Shown here piece after piece: positions 8,231 to 16,007 of a stretch of DNA of 32,000 nucleotides (positions are counted from its first letter, which is position 1; each line of letters starts with the position of its first letter). The translations under genes were made by a program, and so were the position numbers. This DNA comes from Mucisphaera calidilacus (GTDB taxonomy: Bacteria; Planctomycetota; Phycisphaerae; Phycisphaerales; Phycisphaeraceae): NCBI RefSeq assembly GCF_007748075.1, contig NZ_CP036280.1:750001-782000 (forward strand), in the 5' to 3' direction. The notes under the pieces were generated by a model, which had not been told where the DNA came from, made no database searches, and worked only from the letters and a program-made list of their open reading frames with translations.

Positions 8231-9313
8231 ATGCGCACCGATGACCTCAACTTCGACCTCCCCGCCGAACGCATCGCTCAGCACCCCGCCGAGCCTCGCG
8301 ACACCGCGAAACTCATGCTCATCGACCGCGCCACCCGTCGCGTCGAACACCTCCGCGTCCGCGACCTCCCCAATCTCGGCATCCTCGGCTCATCAGACCT
8401 GATGGTCGTCAATGACACCCGCGTCCTGCCCGCCTCCTTCCACGGAATCCGGACCGACACCGGCGGCGCACTCCGCGGCCTCTTCCTCGAACAGACCGCC
8501 GACGGCCAATGGCTTCTCATGCTCGAAACCCGAGGCCACCTCAAACACGACGAGACCATCACCCTCCACGACACCCACGGCCAGCCAGCACTCACGCTCC
8601 GTCTGACCCAACACCTCGACGCCGGCAACTGGCTCGCACGCCCCGAAACCCACGCCGATCCCATCGACACCCTCGAACGCATCGGCACCATGCCCCTGCC
8701 TCCCTACATCCGCAAAGCACGCAAGCAGGCCGGACTCCCCGAGGTCGAGTCCGAAGACGCCCAACGCTACAACACCGTCTTCGCCGAGCAGGCCGGTTCC
8801 GCCGCAGCGCCCACCGCCGGCCTCCACCTTACACCCCAACTCCTCGAACAACTCTGCATCGCAGGCCTCTCCCTCGCCACCGTCACCCTCCACGTCGGTC
8901 TGGGAACCTTCGCACCCGTGCGCACCGAACTGCTCGAACAGCACGCCCTCCACAGCGAACGCATCGTCGTCCCGCCCGAAACCATCGCCGCGCTCCAGCG
9001 GACGCGCGAATCCAGCGGACGCATCCTCGCCGTCGGTACCACCTCCGTCCGCACCCTCGAATCCCTCCCCGACCCGCTCCCAGCCGACGGCTACACCGGC
9101 TCCACTGACCTCTACGTCCACCCAGGCCTCGACTTCAACTTCCGATTTACCGACCGACTCCTCACCAACTTCCACCTGCCCGGCTCCACACTCCTCGCCC
9201 TCGTCGCCTCCCTCCCCGGCGTCGGGATCGAACAACTCCTCGACTGGTACCGCACCGCCATCGACCACGACTACCGCTTCTACAGCTACGGCGACGCGAT
9301 GCTCCTCCTCTGA
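8231..9313 (+). CDS. queA: S-adenosylmethionine:tRNA ribosyltransferase-isomerase
   Basis: The N-terminus MRTDDLNFDLPAERIAQHPAEPRDTAKLMLIDR is typical of QueA, as are LPPYI, AAPTAGLHLT, HVGLGTF, AVGTTSVR and the length. ATG at 8231; the track start at 8222 is TTG. Confidence 0.9.
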   Translation: MRTDDLNFDLPAERIAQHPAEPRDTAKLMLIDRATRRVEHLRVRDLPNLGILGSSDLMVVNDTRVLPASFHGIRTDTGGALRGLFLEQTADGQWLLMLETRGHLKHDETITLHDTHGQPALTLRLTQHLDAGNWLARPETHADPIDTLERIGTMPLPPYIRKARKQAGLPEVESEDAQRYNTVFAEQAGSAAAPTAGLHLTPQLLEQLCIAGLSLATVTLHVGLGTFAPVRTELLEQHALHSERIVVPPETIAALQRTRESSGRILAVGTTSVRTLESLPDPLPADGYTGSTDLYVHPGLDFNFRFTDRLLTNFHLPGSTLLALVASLPGVGIEQLLDWYRTAIDHDYRFYSYGDAMLLL

Positions 9314-9335
9314 CCAGGAAACGTAGAATCGCCCC

Positions 9336-10346
9336 ATGCCCCTGGACCAGCCCGACGAACACCAGGCCTTTGGCGAGATGAGCATCGGCGATCATCTCGA
9401 AGAACTCCGCAAACGCATCCTCTACGCACTCATCGGCACCGGCGTCGCGGCCATCCTCACCTTCGCCTTCGGCTTCCAGCTCATCGCATGGATCGCCCGC
9501 CCGCTCCTCCAGGCACAGGAGGCCCTCGGCTACCCGCCCGCCGTCTACGCCTTCGACCCCACCGTCGGCTTCACATCCGTCTACCTCCGCGTCTCCCTCA
9601 TCGCCGCCGCCATCCTCGCCTCGCCCTGGATCCTCTACCAGCTCTGGCGATTCATCGCCGTCGGCCTCTACGCCCACGAGAAACGCGTCGTCCACATCCT
9701 CGCACCCTTCAGCGCCGTCATGACACTCCTGGGCGTCGCCTTCACCTACTACATCCTCCTCCCCATCTGCCTCGTCTTCTTCATCGGATGGGCCGGATAC
9801 TACCCCGAAGTCGAACCCGGCGACCGCGGACTCATGCTCAGCCTCATCTACGGCCGACCCGCCATCGAAACACCCGTCGAATCCGAACCCGACACCAGCG
9901 CCCTCCAACTCCCCGTCCTCCAAAACGACCCCGAAACCCTCTCCGAAGGCATGGTCTGGCTCGACGCACGCCTCGGCGCCCTCCGCGCCGTCATCGATGG
10001 GGAGGTCCACACCCTCATGGCACGCCAGCCTCGCATGCTCCAGCCCATGCCCGAACTCGGCCAGTTCATCGGCTTCGCCGCCTTCATGGGCCTGGGCATC
10101 GTCGCCGCCTTCCAACTCCCCGTCATCATGCTCGTCGTCGGATGGTCCGGCCTCATCGACCCCGCATGGGTCCGCGGCTTCCGACGCCACGCACTCCTCG
10201 CCGTCCTCGCCACCTCCGCCATCCTCACCCCCAGCGACCTGCTCAGCATGGTCGTCCTCGCACTGCCCCTCTACACCCTCTTCGAATTCGGGCTCCTCCT
10301 CATGGCATGGGTCTACCGCGACCCCTCATTCCCCGAAGACGCCTGA
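9336..10346 (+). CDS. tatC: Twin-arginine translocase subunit TatC (with extra loop insertion)
   Basis: MSIGDHLEELRKRILYALIG is the typical TatC N-terminus. Six hydrophobic segments are present, with a C-terminal ILTPSD motif. It is 336 aa, against about 250-260 for typical TatC. Confidence 0.85.
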   Translation: MPLDQPDEHQAFGEMSIGDHLEELRKRILYALIGTGVAAILTFAFGFQLIAWIARPLLQAQEALGYPPAVYAFDPTVGFTSVYLRVSLIAAAILASPWILYQLWRFIAVGLYAHEKRVVHILAPFSAVMTLLGVAFTYYILLPICLVFFIGWAGYYPEVEPGDRGLMLSLIYGRPAIETPVESEPDTSALQLPVLQNDPETLSEGMVWLDARLGALRAVIDGEVHTLMARQPRMLQPMPELGQFIGFAAFMGLGIVAAFQLPVIMLVVGWSGLIDPAWVRGFRRHALLAVLATSAILTPSDLLSMVVLALPLYTLFEFGLLLMAWVYRDPSFPEDA

Positions 10347-11107
10347 TCCCCCTCCGCATCTGCCTCAACTGGGGGGACGGCCAGCAAGTCGCCCGGATAG
10401 ACCGCCGCCTCGCAACGCTCGATCCCCACCGCATCCGCCACACGATAAGCCCCGATCGCCGTCCGCCGAAGCGACGCCAGATGCCCGCCCGTCCCCAGCG
10501 CCCGGCCGAGATCACGCGCCAGCGAGCGGATATACACACCCTTCCCGCAGTCAATCACCAGCCGCGCCACCGGCCACGCATACGCCTCCAGACGAATCCC
10601 GTCGACCCGCACCGGCCGCGTCGGCAAGTCGACAGCCTCGCCCGATCGTGCCAGCTCATACGCCCGCCTCCCCGCCACGTGAATCGCCGAATAGGCCGGC
10701 GGAGCCTGCTCGATCACCCCCACAAACCCCGGCAGAACATCCAGCACGTCCGCCTCGGCAGGGGGGTGGTCCACCGCCACCTCCGCCCGCTCCCCCTCCC
10801 GGTCATCCGTGGTCGTGAACGCCGACAGGTCCACCTCCGCCACGTACTGCTTGGGCTGGCCCATCAGCCGGTCCACCGCCCGCGTCGCCCGGCCCACGCA
10901 GCAGATCAGCAACCCCGTCGCCAGCGGGTCCAGCGTTCCCGCGTGCCCCGTCTTCACCCTCCCCGGCCCCTTGCCCCGAACCTTCGCACCCGCCGCCGAC
11001 AAACCACGACGCAGCACCCGCAAAACGTCCATCGAGCTGAGACGCAAGGGTTTATCGACGAGCAGCAGACCGTCATACACAGGAGCCGGATTTGGAGGGT
11101 GGTTCAT
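10313..11107 (-). CDS. truB: tRNA pseudouridine(55) synthase
   Basis: GLLLVDKP and GHAGTLDPLATGLLICCVGRATR include the catalytic Asp motif. ATG start at 11105-11107. The 3' end overlaps the tatC 3' end by 34 nt (convergent). Confidence 0.9.
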   Translation of the reverse strand: MNHPPNPAPVYDGLLLVDKPLRLSSMDVLRVLRRGLSAAGAKVRGKGPGRVKTGHAGTLDPLATGLLICCVGRATRAVDRLMGQPKQYVAEVDLSAFTTTDDREGERAEVAVDHPPAEADVLDVLPGFVGVIEQAPPAYSAIHVAGRRAYELARSGEAVDLPTRPVRVDGIRLEAYAWPVARLVIDCGKGVYIRSLARDLGRALGTGGHLASLRRTAIGAYRVADAVGIERCEAAVYPGDLLAVPPVEADAEGDQASSGNEGSR

Positions 11108-11148
11108 GATCGTCTAAGATACGCGGCTCGACGCCGTCGACGACCCCT

Positions 11149-11237
<89 letters not shown>

Positions 11238-11250
11238 TTGCTCGAGAAAA

Positions 11251-11283
11251 GCGGCCTTCAGAGCTTCTGAGGGCCGTTTTTTT
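11251..11283 (+). terminator. Rho-independent terminator after tRNA-Ser
   Basis: gcggccttcaga-gc-ttctgagggccg forms a stem with one mismatch/wobble, followed by ttttttt. Confidence 0.7.
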
Positions 11284-11299
11284 GTGTTCTTCTGACGCG

Positions 11300-11334
11300 C
11301 AGCCCCACAACAGCCCCATTTACAGCCCCATCTA
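11300..11334 (+). repeat. Three tandem 11-12-nt units cagcccca(N3-4)
   Basis: The units are cagccccacaa, cagccccattta and cagccccatcta. They lie at the left edge of the low-GC islet. Confidence 0.7.
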
Positions 11335-12077
11335 CCCTCTCCGCAGGAGGCTTAACTTGAGTCTTTGACCACCAATCAGAATGTAGAGTTTCAGATTGAT
11401 TCCGCCCGTGCTTCTCTAAGCCCCGCAAATAGGCTTGGGTTTGTCTTGACCTGACTGCCTCACGTTGCCTGTCTAAAGAAACAGCGTGAGCCAGAGAAAG
11501 CAGTGCCAGGGTTCGCTTGGCCAGACGTGGCTCGTCACCAGTCGACCCTTTTTGTCATGTCGTAGATATTCTGCCGTGGGTTCAAATCTTACGTGTTTTC
11601 CTCGGCTATAAATTGCACGCCGTCTTCACTAGGGTCCTGCCTTCAGCCTGACGCGACGCAAACGTGCTCTGATCTTCTGAAAGTCGTCACTTCTTCATCG
11701 AATAGCCTTGCCAAACTAAGGCCGGATGATCGTCTAAAACGAGCATGAAGAATGGATCAGGATTCAGAGTGAGGCGCACCGTCACGAATTATTGAGCATT
11801 GCGGTCGAGCATGAACCTCCTGTATGGAGGCAACATCAATCTGCGGTATAATTCAAAGCGAAGCATGATGAACCGTCATGTACGTGCTCAAGAAGGTGTG
11901 CAGCATGTCGTTCGCATCAATGATGTATTTGAGGAATCTTCTGATGTCTCTTGCAAGCCCCAATACTCAACGCCTCTCGGCTGAATCAACCGCACATATC
12001 ACTGTTACTCTGTATTTCAGCAATCGACCAACAATGCCCGCCCACCTGATCGTCATGTATCTACAGAAGGCACAAGT

Positions 12078-13388
12078 TTGAAGAGGCAGACGCGCAGACG
12101 GCGGTTTCAATTCGACAGCACGGATTCGTCTCGTGTTAACCACTACGTGTTCCGCTATCCAGCGAAGTTCCATCCGCCGGTTGCACGAGCCCTTGTAAGG
12201 GAATTCAGTGCCTTAGGCGATACCGTACTTGATCCATTCTGCGGCAGTGGGACTCTATCGGTAGAAGCCTTGCTGGCGGGGCGAAATGCAGTCGCTTTAG
12301 ACGTTGATCCCGTTGCGGTTTTCGTCACGCAGATGAAGTGCAAGCGATGGCAAATCTGTCGTCTCACCAAATCTACCAACACCTTACTGTCGATGGCAGA
12401 TGAACTGGAGCGATCTTCGTCGGAGTATAGACGACGTAGATTCCAAGATTTACCGAGGTCGCGGTTTCGCGCCGCCCTGTCAGCCGAACGACTCTGGGTA
12501 CCAGATATTCCAAACATCGAGCATTGGTTTCGGAGATACGTACTTCTCGACCTTGCGCGACTGTTGAATGCCATCTCATCAGCACCCATTGGACCAACTG
12601 CACGGAGTTTCCTACATCTTTGCTTCGCAGCAACCATCCGCGCTTCCTCCAATGCTGATCCTGTGCCAGTATCCGGCCTAGAAGTAACATCGCATATGCT
12701 CGCGAAGGATGCAGACGGACGTACTATAAACCCATTTGCGATTTTTCGTCGTCATGTGACTGCTTCACTCAAAGGAATGACAGCCTTCTCAGATGCGTGC
12801 CCAAGCAATGTGGTTAGCCAGGTTGCACAGCGCGATGCGGCAACAACGGATCACTATCCATATCCCATGGCGGATGTAGCCATCACTTCGCCCCCATATA
12901 ATGGGGCAGTCGATTATTATCGGAGGCATACACTTGAAATGTACTGGCTAGGCTTCACAGAAACACGCGAACAGCGCCTAGGGCTCCTCGACAGATATAT
13001 TGGACGACCATCTGTGCCGATGAGGCATAAGTTTGTGACATCTCCTTCTTACACGCCACTGATACACCAGTGGGAGAGCACAATGCGATCACATTCAGAG
13101 GCAAGGGCAAATGCGTTTTTGCATTATTGCACTGCAATGCGGCGTGTGTTTGCGGGACTTTATGCCGCGATCAGGCCAGGAGGTCGAGCCATTTTTGTTG
13201 TTGGGCGAAGCAATTGGAACGGACGCTCGTTGCCGACCGACCGCCTAATGCATGAGCTCGCAGGGGATCAGTATGATCTTGAAGATGTAGCATGGTATCC
13301 AATCAAGAATCGTTACATGTCATACTCCCGTCATAATAATGCTAATATTAATCGTGAATACGTGCTTATATACCGGAGGATTTCGTGA
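12078..13388 (+). CDS. DNA amino-methyltransferase (N6-adenine or N4-cytosine), motif I before motif IV
   Basis: YPAKFHPPVARALV...GDTVLDPFCGSGTLSVEALLAGRNAVALDVDP covers the motif X/I region (aa 27-77). ITSPPYNGAVDYY is motif IV (aa 271-274, nt 12888-12899). The start is uncertain: TTG 12078 is preceded by gaagg, there is no in-frame ATG, and GTG about 12144 is an alternative. Confidence 0.75.
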   Translation: MKRQTRRRRFQFDSTDSSRVNHYVFRYPAKFHPPVARALVREFSALGDTVLDPFCGSGTLSVEALLAGRNAVALDVDPVAVFVTQMKCKRWQICRLTKSTNTLLSMADELERSSSEYRRRRFQDLPRSRFRAALSAERLWVPDIPNIEHWFRRYVLLDLARLLNAISSAPIGPTARSFLHLCFAATIRASSNADPVPVSGLEVTSHMLAKDADGRTINPFAIFRRHVTASLKGMTAFSDACPSNVVSQVAQRDAATTDHYPYPMADVAITSPPYNGAVDYYRRHTLEMYWLGFTETREQRLGLLDRYIGRPSVPMRHKFVTSPSYTPLIHQWESTMRSHSEARANAFLHYCTAMRRVFAGLYAAIRPGGRAIFVVGRSNWNGRSLPTDRLMHELAGDQYDLEDVAWYPIKNRYMSYSRHNNANINREYVLIYRRIS

Positions 13389-15922
13389 TGGCCAACTCTA
13401 CAACTCTAGTTTCTGATGGTATCACGGCACTCGCTGATCACCACAAAGTTCACAGTAGGTCTGTGTCACTTTCCCCTGCTCTCGTCGGCTTACTCTCGGA
13501 GCAGCTATATCGCTCTCCAGTAAAAGCACTAGAAGAACTCGTCGTTAACTCTTTCGATGCTGAAGCGAATAGTTGCAGGCTGTATGTACCACAGCCTACC
13601 GAGATGGTCTCGCAGAGTAAGTCTGCTGTAATCGCTGTCTGGGATGATGGCTTTGGGATGGATGTGGCGGGGCTAACCGAGCTCTGGGCTATCGGCGATA
13701 GTCGTAAACGCGACCCAGATTTTATCACCGAGAAGCAAATCAAACGCAAGCAAATCGGTAAGTTTGGTATCGGGAAACTCGCGACCTACGCCGTTTGTGA
13801 ACGAGTCACTTACCTATCGTCAACGGCAAGTGGGCTCTTTGCGGTCACGATTGACTACAACGCCTTCGCCAAAGCAAGTAAGGGCACAGTCCAAGATGTA
13901 CCTCTGTCTATAGTCAAAGTACCCACAATCTCGGACTCAGGATTTGAGTCTGCAATCAATGCGCTTACTGATAAGCTTGGTATAGACTCACAATCGCTCA
14001 ATGAGCCCGGCTGGACGCTTGTCCTCCTAGAAAAGCTACGTCGCAAGGCTCAAGACATTACTCAAGGACGACTTCGCTGGGTTCTGGGCACGGCAATGCC
14101 ATTACAGGCTGACTTCGCGCTCTATCTCAATCGTACAGAAATTCTCAGCAGCAAGGAAGAGTATGAGACAGCAATTAATTTTGCTATACACGATCTTCCA
14201 AAACAGCGGCTGAAATCACTTACTGAAGAAACGGGTGAAGCTTGGACTATCAAAGACTCCATACTCCTCTGTGAGACTCTTCCCAAGGGTGTCGGTGGCA
14301 CAGTTCGCGTCTACAAACGTCCACTGACTGGTAAGAGCGATGATATTATCCGCAGCCATGGTTTTTTTATTCGTGTGAATGGCCGCTTGATCAACGAAGA
14401 CGATCCCTTATTCGGGCTAGATCCGTTGTCGCACAAGACGTTTTACCGATTTCGCGCCGACCTCGATGTAAACGACTTGGATGCGGTACTCCTCTCTTCG
14501 CGAGAAGAGGTTGGAGCATCGGATCAAAAGCGTGTCTTGGATGCCGTTATGCGGTGTGTATTTAACGAGGCACGGACGCAGTTCGAAAATAGTGACGGCA
14601 AGCTTTTTGGGGAGAATGAACACGTCCGAGAGTCTGATCGGCTGTTTGTTGCCCCACATTTGGTCGAGAGACCACTTGCAGACGTCCTGACACCGAACGC
14701 ATCAGCAGCAGAGACGAGTGATGCTGGAGTTTCGTGGTTCTACTTAGATGCGGCAACAGACGAAGACCTCTCTGAGATCATTGGTCGGCTCTATTCTGGT
14801 GAGCGATCAAAGTATCGCTATGACTTTGAAACACGAGGACCCAATGATCGCCTTGTTCGCTTTGAACCGAAGACTAACCGCTTTGTCCTCAACGATTCAC
14901 ATGAGTTCATTCGGGCACACGCTGAAGATGCTGGTTCACTCCGAACCCTTAAGGATCTTGTAACCGCAGATATGCTCCTTGAAGTTTATATGCGTGAATC
15001 CGGAGTTCGGAGTGAGGTGATCGGAGAGATTTTAGAGAACCGAGATGCGTTGTTGCGAGCGTTAGCTCGTGATCACGGTTTTTCTCTTGCCAGCATCGCT
15101 GGCGGGCTGCGCGACGCTGCGGCCAATGAACGAGATCTTGAGGTATACCTTGTCCGAGCAGTCAGGGCTCTCGGATTCAACGCGCAGCATGTGTCCGGTG
15201 CAGAGGAACCAGATGGTGTTGCACGGTTCATCAGCTATCCAGAAGGTGAGCGAAAGTTCATCTTAGAGGCAAAATCATCGACGAAAGTTCCTTCACTTGG
15301 TGCGATTGACTTTGGTGGTTTGAGACAACACGCCAAGGACAACAAGTGCGAGCGATGTCTTTTAGTAGCGCCCGACTATCCAGGTGGCTCAAAACAGGAT
15401 GACGCACAGGCGGCAAAGCGTGCAGATGAGTTAAAAGTCTCATGCTGGACGGTCGAAAACCTCGCCAGAGTAGTAGAATCTGCAGAACGTCGCCACATCA
15501 ACGCCAGAGACATCTACAAGATAGTCGATACTGCTTTCTCTCCAGATTCAGTCTGCGCTGCAGTTGAAGATCTACTCTCTGATCCTGGGGGAGACCTGTC
15601 CAGCCTCTACTCTGCAATTATTACAGTACTTCGTGGGCTAGAAGGGAAACTTCCCGATAGCACGCGGACAGTCAGCCAGATCGCAGGGAAGGTTGTCGAC
15701 ATCAAAGGCTTCGAAGGTGTCAATGAGGACAAGATACGCCACGCTATTGCGCAGATGGCCGGAGCATCGCGTGGAGCACTTCATCTCTCTGACGAAGATG
15801 CAGTCATCAACTCCACTTCTTTGAATGAGCTCGAAAATCGCTTGTCTTCCCATTTGACTGAAGGAGGAAACGGCCGATCTGAAGGACTATTTATGGAAAG
15901 TAATGGCACCGATAAGGGCTGA
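13388..15922 (+). CDS. GHKL (MutL/MORC/Hsp90-like) ATPase fused to a PD-(D/E)xK restriction-endonuclease-like domain
   Basis: Residues are numbered from GTG 13385. The N-box is E50-ELVVNSFDAEAN, G1 is D87-DGFGM and G2 is G125-KFGIGK. The C-terminal region is DLEVYLVRAVRALGF...EEPD610G...FILE628AK630S...CLLVAPDY. ATG 13388 overlaps the methyltransferase stop (TGATG). Confidence 0.75.
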   Translation: MANSTTLVSDGITALADHHKVHSRSVSLSPALVGLLSEQLYRSPVKALEELVVNSFDAEANSCRLYVPQPTEMVSQSKSAVIAVWDDGFGMDVAGLTELWAIGDSRKRDPDFITEKQIKRKQIGKFGIGKLATYAVCERVTYLSSTASGLFAVTIDYNAFAKASKGTVQDVPLSIVKVPTISDSGFESAINALTDKLGIDSQSLNEPGWTLVLLEKLRRKAQDITQGRLRWVLGTAMPLQADFALYLNRTEILSSKEEYETAINFAIHDLPKQRLKSLTEETGEAWTIKDSILLCETLPKGVGGTVRVYKRPLTGKSDDIIRSHGFFIRVNGRLINEDDPLFGLDPLSHKTFYRFRADLDVNDLDAVLLSSREEVGASDQKRVLDAVMRCVFNEARTQFENSDGKLFGENEHVRESDRLFVAPHLVERPLADVLTPNASAAETSDAGVSWFYLDAATDEDLSEIIGRLYSGERSKYRYDFETRGPNDRLVRFEPKTNRFVLNDSHEFIRAHAEDAGSLRTLKDLVTADMLLEVYMRESGVRSEVIGEILENRDALLRALARDHGFSLASIAGGLRDAAANERDLEVYLVRAVRALGFNAQHVSGAEEPDGVARFISYPEGERKFILEAKSSTKVPSLGAIDFGGLRQHAKDNKCERCLLVAPDYPGGSKQDDAQAAKRADELKVSCWTVENLARVVESAERRHINARDIYKIVDTAFSPDSVCAAVEDLLSDPGGDLSSLYSAIITVLRGLEGKLPDSTRTVSQIAGKVVDIKGFEGVNEDKIRHAIAQMAGASRGALHLSDEDAVINSTSLNELENRLSSHLTEGGNGRSEGLFMESNGTDKG

Positions 15923-16007
15923 GGCCAGATAATCATGTGGCTCCTTAGCAATCCAGATCACCCCCACACTCCCCGGCAACCACCCGCCGCGTCACCTAAC
16001 ATCCGGC

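Larger units (their letters stand above)
11290..15960. mobile_element. AT-richer genomic islet inserted 3' of tRNA-Ser (no integrase or transposase visible)
   Basis: Composition drops abruptly after the tRNA terminator and recovers at about 15950-15960. Hand counts gave 28/60 G+C at 13381-13440 against 40/60 at 10321-10380. Codon third positions switch from GC-dominated to mixed. Placement next to a tRNA is typical of islands. Confidence 0.65.

Noticed and set aside
11572-11600. tRNA T-arm-like fragment in the islet leader (gtggg-ttcaaat-cttac, then gtgtttt)
   Set aside because: Only the T-arm can be folded, and it needs two G.U pairs. I could find no matching acceptor 5' strand, D-arm or anticodon arm upstream. 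It might be a relic of a donor att site, but the evidence is too thin.
11799-12173. Three overlapping 61-68-aa ORFs in the islet leader (11799-11984 +, 11878-12081 +, 11967-12173 -), considered as possible controller (C) proteins or toxins
   Set aside because: They have no helix-turn-helix-like or other motif and they mutually overlap. One runs antisense into the methyltransferase start. Their length is what chance gives in about 47% GC DNA.
12155-12690. Antisense ORFs (165 aa and 105 aa) inside the methyltransferase gene, and short ORFs inside the ATPase-nuclease gene (for example 13450-13749 -, 14417-14659 -)
   Set aside because: They have no motifs. The sense-strand proteins carry clear catalytic motifs across the same coordinates.
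15923-16007. Looked for a distal att repeat (copy of the tRNA-Ser 3' end) or a terminator after the ATPase-nuclease gene
   Set aside because: By eye I found no match longer than about 7 nt to the tRNA 3' end, and no convincing stem plus T-tract. The right boundary therefore rests on composition only.
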